Shown here piece after piece: positions 60,835-64,000 of a DNA stretch of 64,000 nt. Origin of the DNA: Mobula birostris (taxonomy: Eukaryota); NCBI RefSeq assembly GCF_030028105.1, contig NC_092379.1:20561309-20625308 (forward strand), read 5' to 3'. The translations under genes and the position numbers were made by a program. Positions within the stretch are counted from its first letter, which is position 1. Each line of letters begins with the position of its first letter. The notes beneath the pieces are model-generated. The model did not search any database, was not told the origin of the DNA, and saw nothing but the letters and a program-made list of their open reading frames with translations.

Positions 60835-61085
60835 TGGACAGAAAAGTGAAGGGAAAATAAAGAGAGAGGAACATACAGAGAGAGTGAAGGAGGAAGAGGA
60901 TAAGAGACATGCAGTGAGAAAGAATGAAATGGGGAGGAAGTGATGAGAGGGTGACAGAAAGGGGAAAGAGGAAATGAGAGAGAAACGATGTGGATATGCA
61001 GTGAGTGTGCAGGAACAGGAGAGTGAAAGTCCCAGGAAGACATAAAGAGAGTGGGAGAGGAACATGGTGAAGGAAAGGAAACACA
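60835..61085 (+). repeat. Purine-rich (AG) low-complexity tract
   Basis: Mostly A/G on the plus strand, no fixed unit. Confidence 0.7.
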
Positions 61086-61689
61086 ACAGATTTTGTTTCT
61101 CTCCCGTGACTCTGGTATGACACAGACTTAAATGAAATGTACAGCACAGGAGCAGATTCAGACCAATTATTTCATGTCATTGTTTATTTTCCACACAAAC
61201 TTCCAGTCACTCCACCTTTGTGCAACTGGGTTAATTTCTCCTTCTGTTCCCTTTCCCCACATTCACTTCTGTGAGAGAGATCCATATTCTCCCAAACCTC
61301 TGGATAAATAATCCAAATTGGATGATTAGTGATTATTTACAACAGTTTTACTCCCCTGAAGACTGAACAACCTTTCTCTTCCACCCTATCAGGTATTTTT
61401 TATATTCTGTGACGTGGACATGTGCTTTACCCTTCAACCTTCTCATGACCCTTTTTTCCAGGATGTATTTGAGCAGCTAAAATATTCACCTATTACTAAT
61501 GAGGTACAAAATGTCCCCGTTTTCACAGGAAAGAGCCCAAGAGTCAAATCCAGCACATTCCAGCATCAATGAGACAGTGTCCCTGCTGGGAGAATTTCAT
61601 GGGACTGGGTAAGAGGAGAGTACAAATTGGTTTTTGTCCAAGTTGAAGCATAGGTTTCATGCCTGCATTAACCTGGGTGAAACTTCATG

Positions 61690-62210
61690 AACCCTCAGTT
61701 CTGGTTGCGCCGTTGTAAGGATGTGGAGGCTTTGCAGAGGGTGTAAAAGATGTTCATGAGCATGTTGCCTGGATTAGAGAATATTAGCTGTAAGGTGTGG
61801 TTGAACAATCTTTGTTTACTCTGGAGTGTCGGCTGAGAGGCAACCTGATAGAGGTTTATGAAAGCATAAGAGTCATCGACAGGGCCGAGAGTTAGAGTCA
61901 TTTTCCCAGGGTAAAATGTCATTTCCAAAAGGACAAAGATTTAAGCTGAGGGGTATACCATTTAAAGGAGATTTGTGGGTTGTAGTTATTACACACAGAG
62001 TGATAGGTGCCTGGAATGCACTGGCAGGAGTGGGGTGAATCAGCATGATAGTACAGTTGAGATACATTTGAAAAAGCACATGACCATTCAGGATACGGAG
62101 GGATGTGGATTCTGTGCTGATAGTTCGGTTTAGATTAATTTGGTGGTGTGGTTGTCACAGTCATCATGGGCTGAAGGGCCTGTTCCTGTGCTGTACTGTT
62201 CTGTGTTGTA
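61690..62210. mobile_element. CR1 3' fragments
   Basis: FWLRRCKDVEALQRV...GNLIEVY...; typical gggcctgttcctgtgctgtactgttctgtg tail. Confidence 0.65.
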
Positions 62211-63693
62211 GGTTTACTTGAAGCTCAGTAACTATTTGTTATTAATAGCTGACAGATGTCTGAAACTCTGTGATAACATTAACACTCAGTCCTTACACTT
62301 CCTGTCAGGTTTAATTTGAGCAGGGGGCCCTCCCAGTGGAGCTGTGTTACTAAAAAGAATAAACACACTACTTTACATATGTAAATACAAATCTAACATT
62401 GTGCTTTGCACCAACCAACAGGTTCACATTTACCACACAGAATGAGACAAAATGAATCAAAACCAAAGGACAAAAGACACAGAGACAGCAAGACCCTCTC
62501 CTCGTTACAGAGCATTTGCCTCATGTCAGAAACAGGCTCACTGTAATGATGATTGACTGTTACTGATTGATTTATTGATTATGCTATGGAATGAGCAGTT
62601 CACATGTATGTACACTTGCGTTTTATGTTCTGTAGCAGTTGGGAGACTCCCACTGACAACTGAAAGTGTGTTTGCTCAGACTGAGCACAGAAGTCCATCC
62701 TGATGACTGTAGTTCAGGTGATCAGATGATTGTGAATTGGCAGCAATCAAGTGGAAAATAAGGGGAAACTAAGAGATGTCACAGACTGCCTTGTCAATAT
62801 TCCATCAATGGGCAGAATCCCGGTGTGACATGCTGGAGCTGATGTTTATTGAAGAGAATGAAGGCTGCCTGGTGATTCTAGTTTAGACTGAAGCAGCCAC
62901 ACAGATCACAATCGCTATGAATCACTAAGCTGGGGGTTATCATTGGCCTGGAAGCTCTCAGGCCCTGAAGATCAGGTTTAACAAACTTGCATATTCAGAG
63001 AGATTCAATGATCTGTCATCCAATTGTCACTGCAAGGTTGTCAGCTGATGAGGTCCACAAGTTCAGATATCTACTAAACCTTTCTTTCTGACATCTGGAC
63101 AGTAAAATGTATAGTTTTACTCCTGTAAGAGCCTTAGGCCAGTAGCTTGCTGTTTGATTTTTGTATTCACCTTAAATAAAATAGCATCTCTGAATCGGAT
63201 TCGTGTCTTTAAACTCTGAATCTATTCTGGTAAGAACAGATCGATAGATCTCACAATACCTGAAAATAACTGTCCTGAAGAAGGTACTGGATGGTACTGC
63301 CGTACCATTTTGGGAATTTTGTGCTTTCAGATGTCAGATTGGACTACACCCTATTTTCATTGTGGTTTAACTTTATTATGTTTGTTTGTTTTTAAAATAA
63401 TTATCAATAAACATGTAATTGTTCAGTGGGTTGCCATTGTCTGTGTATCTACTGGAAACTCTCAGTTTCAGTGGTGAGTATCATATTGCTCAAATAGGGA
63501 CTATCTCATTGGTTAATTTCAGCATGGGAATTTGAATGGAATTTCTGCTCCCAGTATTCTGCAGTCATAAGCAATGGGTTTTAATGCCCCTTCTGACATC
63601 TGAAGAACATTAGGTCGCAAAGACATCCGGACCCAACACAAGTTTAAGTTTTGATCAAATAATCCATCAGACAGGCTGGGGAACCCAGCATTT

Positions 63694-63985
63694 GGGTGGC
63701 ATGGTAGTGTAGTGGTTAGCAGAATGCTTTCCAGTGCAGGTGACCTGGGATTCAATTCCTGCCACTGGCTGTAAGGAATTTGTAATTTCTCCCCGAGAAT
63801 GTGTGGGTTTCCACCGGGTCTCCGGTTTCCTCTCACAGTCCAAAGACATACCATTTGGTGCTTTAATTGGTCATTGTAAATTGTCCTGTGATTAGACTGG
63901 GATTAAATCGGGGGATTCCTGAGCAGTGTGGTTCGAAGGGCCAGAAGGGCCTATTCCATGCTGTATGCCAATAAATAAATAAATT
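63694..63985 (+). mobile_element. tRNA-derived V-SINE (HE1-like)
   Basis: A-box TAGTGTAGTGG (63705-63715), B-box GGATTCAATTCC (63748-63759), V-domain core GTGTGGGTTTCC...CTCCGGTTTCCTCTCACAGTCCAAAGAC, CR1-type tail ending in (AAAT)n. Confidence 0.85.
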
Positions 63986-64000
63986 AAATAATTTTCATGG

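Noticed and set aside
60626-61147. Hydrophobic ORFs of 85-173 aa on the minus strand
   Set aside because: By-product of the AG-rich low-complexity tract, which has few stop codons on the pyrimidine strand.
61462-61608. Plus-strand exon with strong splice sites (TTTTTTCCAG|...TGG|GTAAGA)
   Set aside because: All three frames contain stops and no protein family is recognisable.
63020-63070. NLWTSS motif suggesting the TM exon of an upstream cluster
   Set aside because: No hydrophobic helix or YST motif follows, and a stop occurs within 12 codons.
63694-63770. tRNA gene
   Set aside because: A and B boxes are present but continue into a V-SINE core and LINE tail; no complete cloverleaf.
1-64000. 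CRISPR arrays, operons or other prokaryotic systems
   Set aside because: Spliced Ig exons, LINEs and SINEs show this is vertebrate DNA; no regularly spaced repeat-spacer array was seen.

Overview
Eukaryotic (cartilaginous fish) genomic DNA containing one immunoglobulin heavy-chain cluster of the IgW (omega) type on the minus strand, embedded in dense retroelements. Transcription order (high to low coordinates): TATA, leader exon (50631-50676), an already-joined V-J exon (50210-50519), CH1, CH2, a short cysteine-containing secretory exon (39687-39802, absent from the ORF track), CH3, CH4, CH5, CH6 with secretory tailpiece, about 17.7 kb of nested transposons, a second diverged CH3'/CH4' pair (12406-12708, 11999-12322) and a transmembrane exon (9697-9839). 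The V-J exon has two frameshifts: a deletion that removes the first V cysteine, and a 2-nt out-of-frame junction with no recognisable D. In contrast, every constant and TM exon is open with GT-AG sites in phase 1. The most notable features are the duplicated CH3'/CH4' cassette next to the TM exon and an intact constant region behind a dead V. Repeats include CR1, Rex1/Babar, RTE and L1 LINEs, three Ty3/Gypsy elements, tRNA-derived SINEs and palindromic elements carrying decayed hammerhead-like cores. All coordinates, counts and alignments were made by eye; family assignments come from motif recognition, not database searches.
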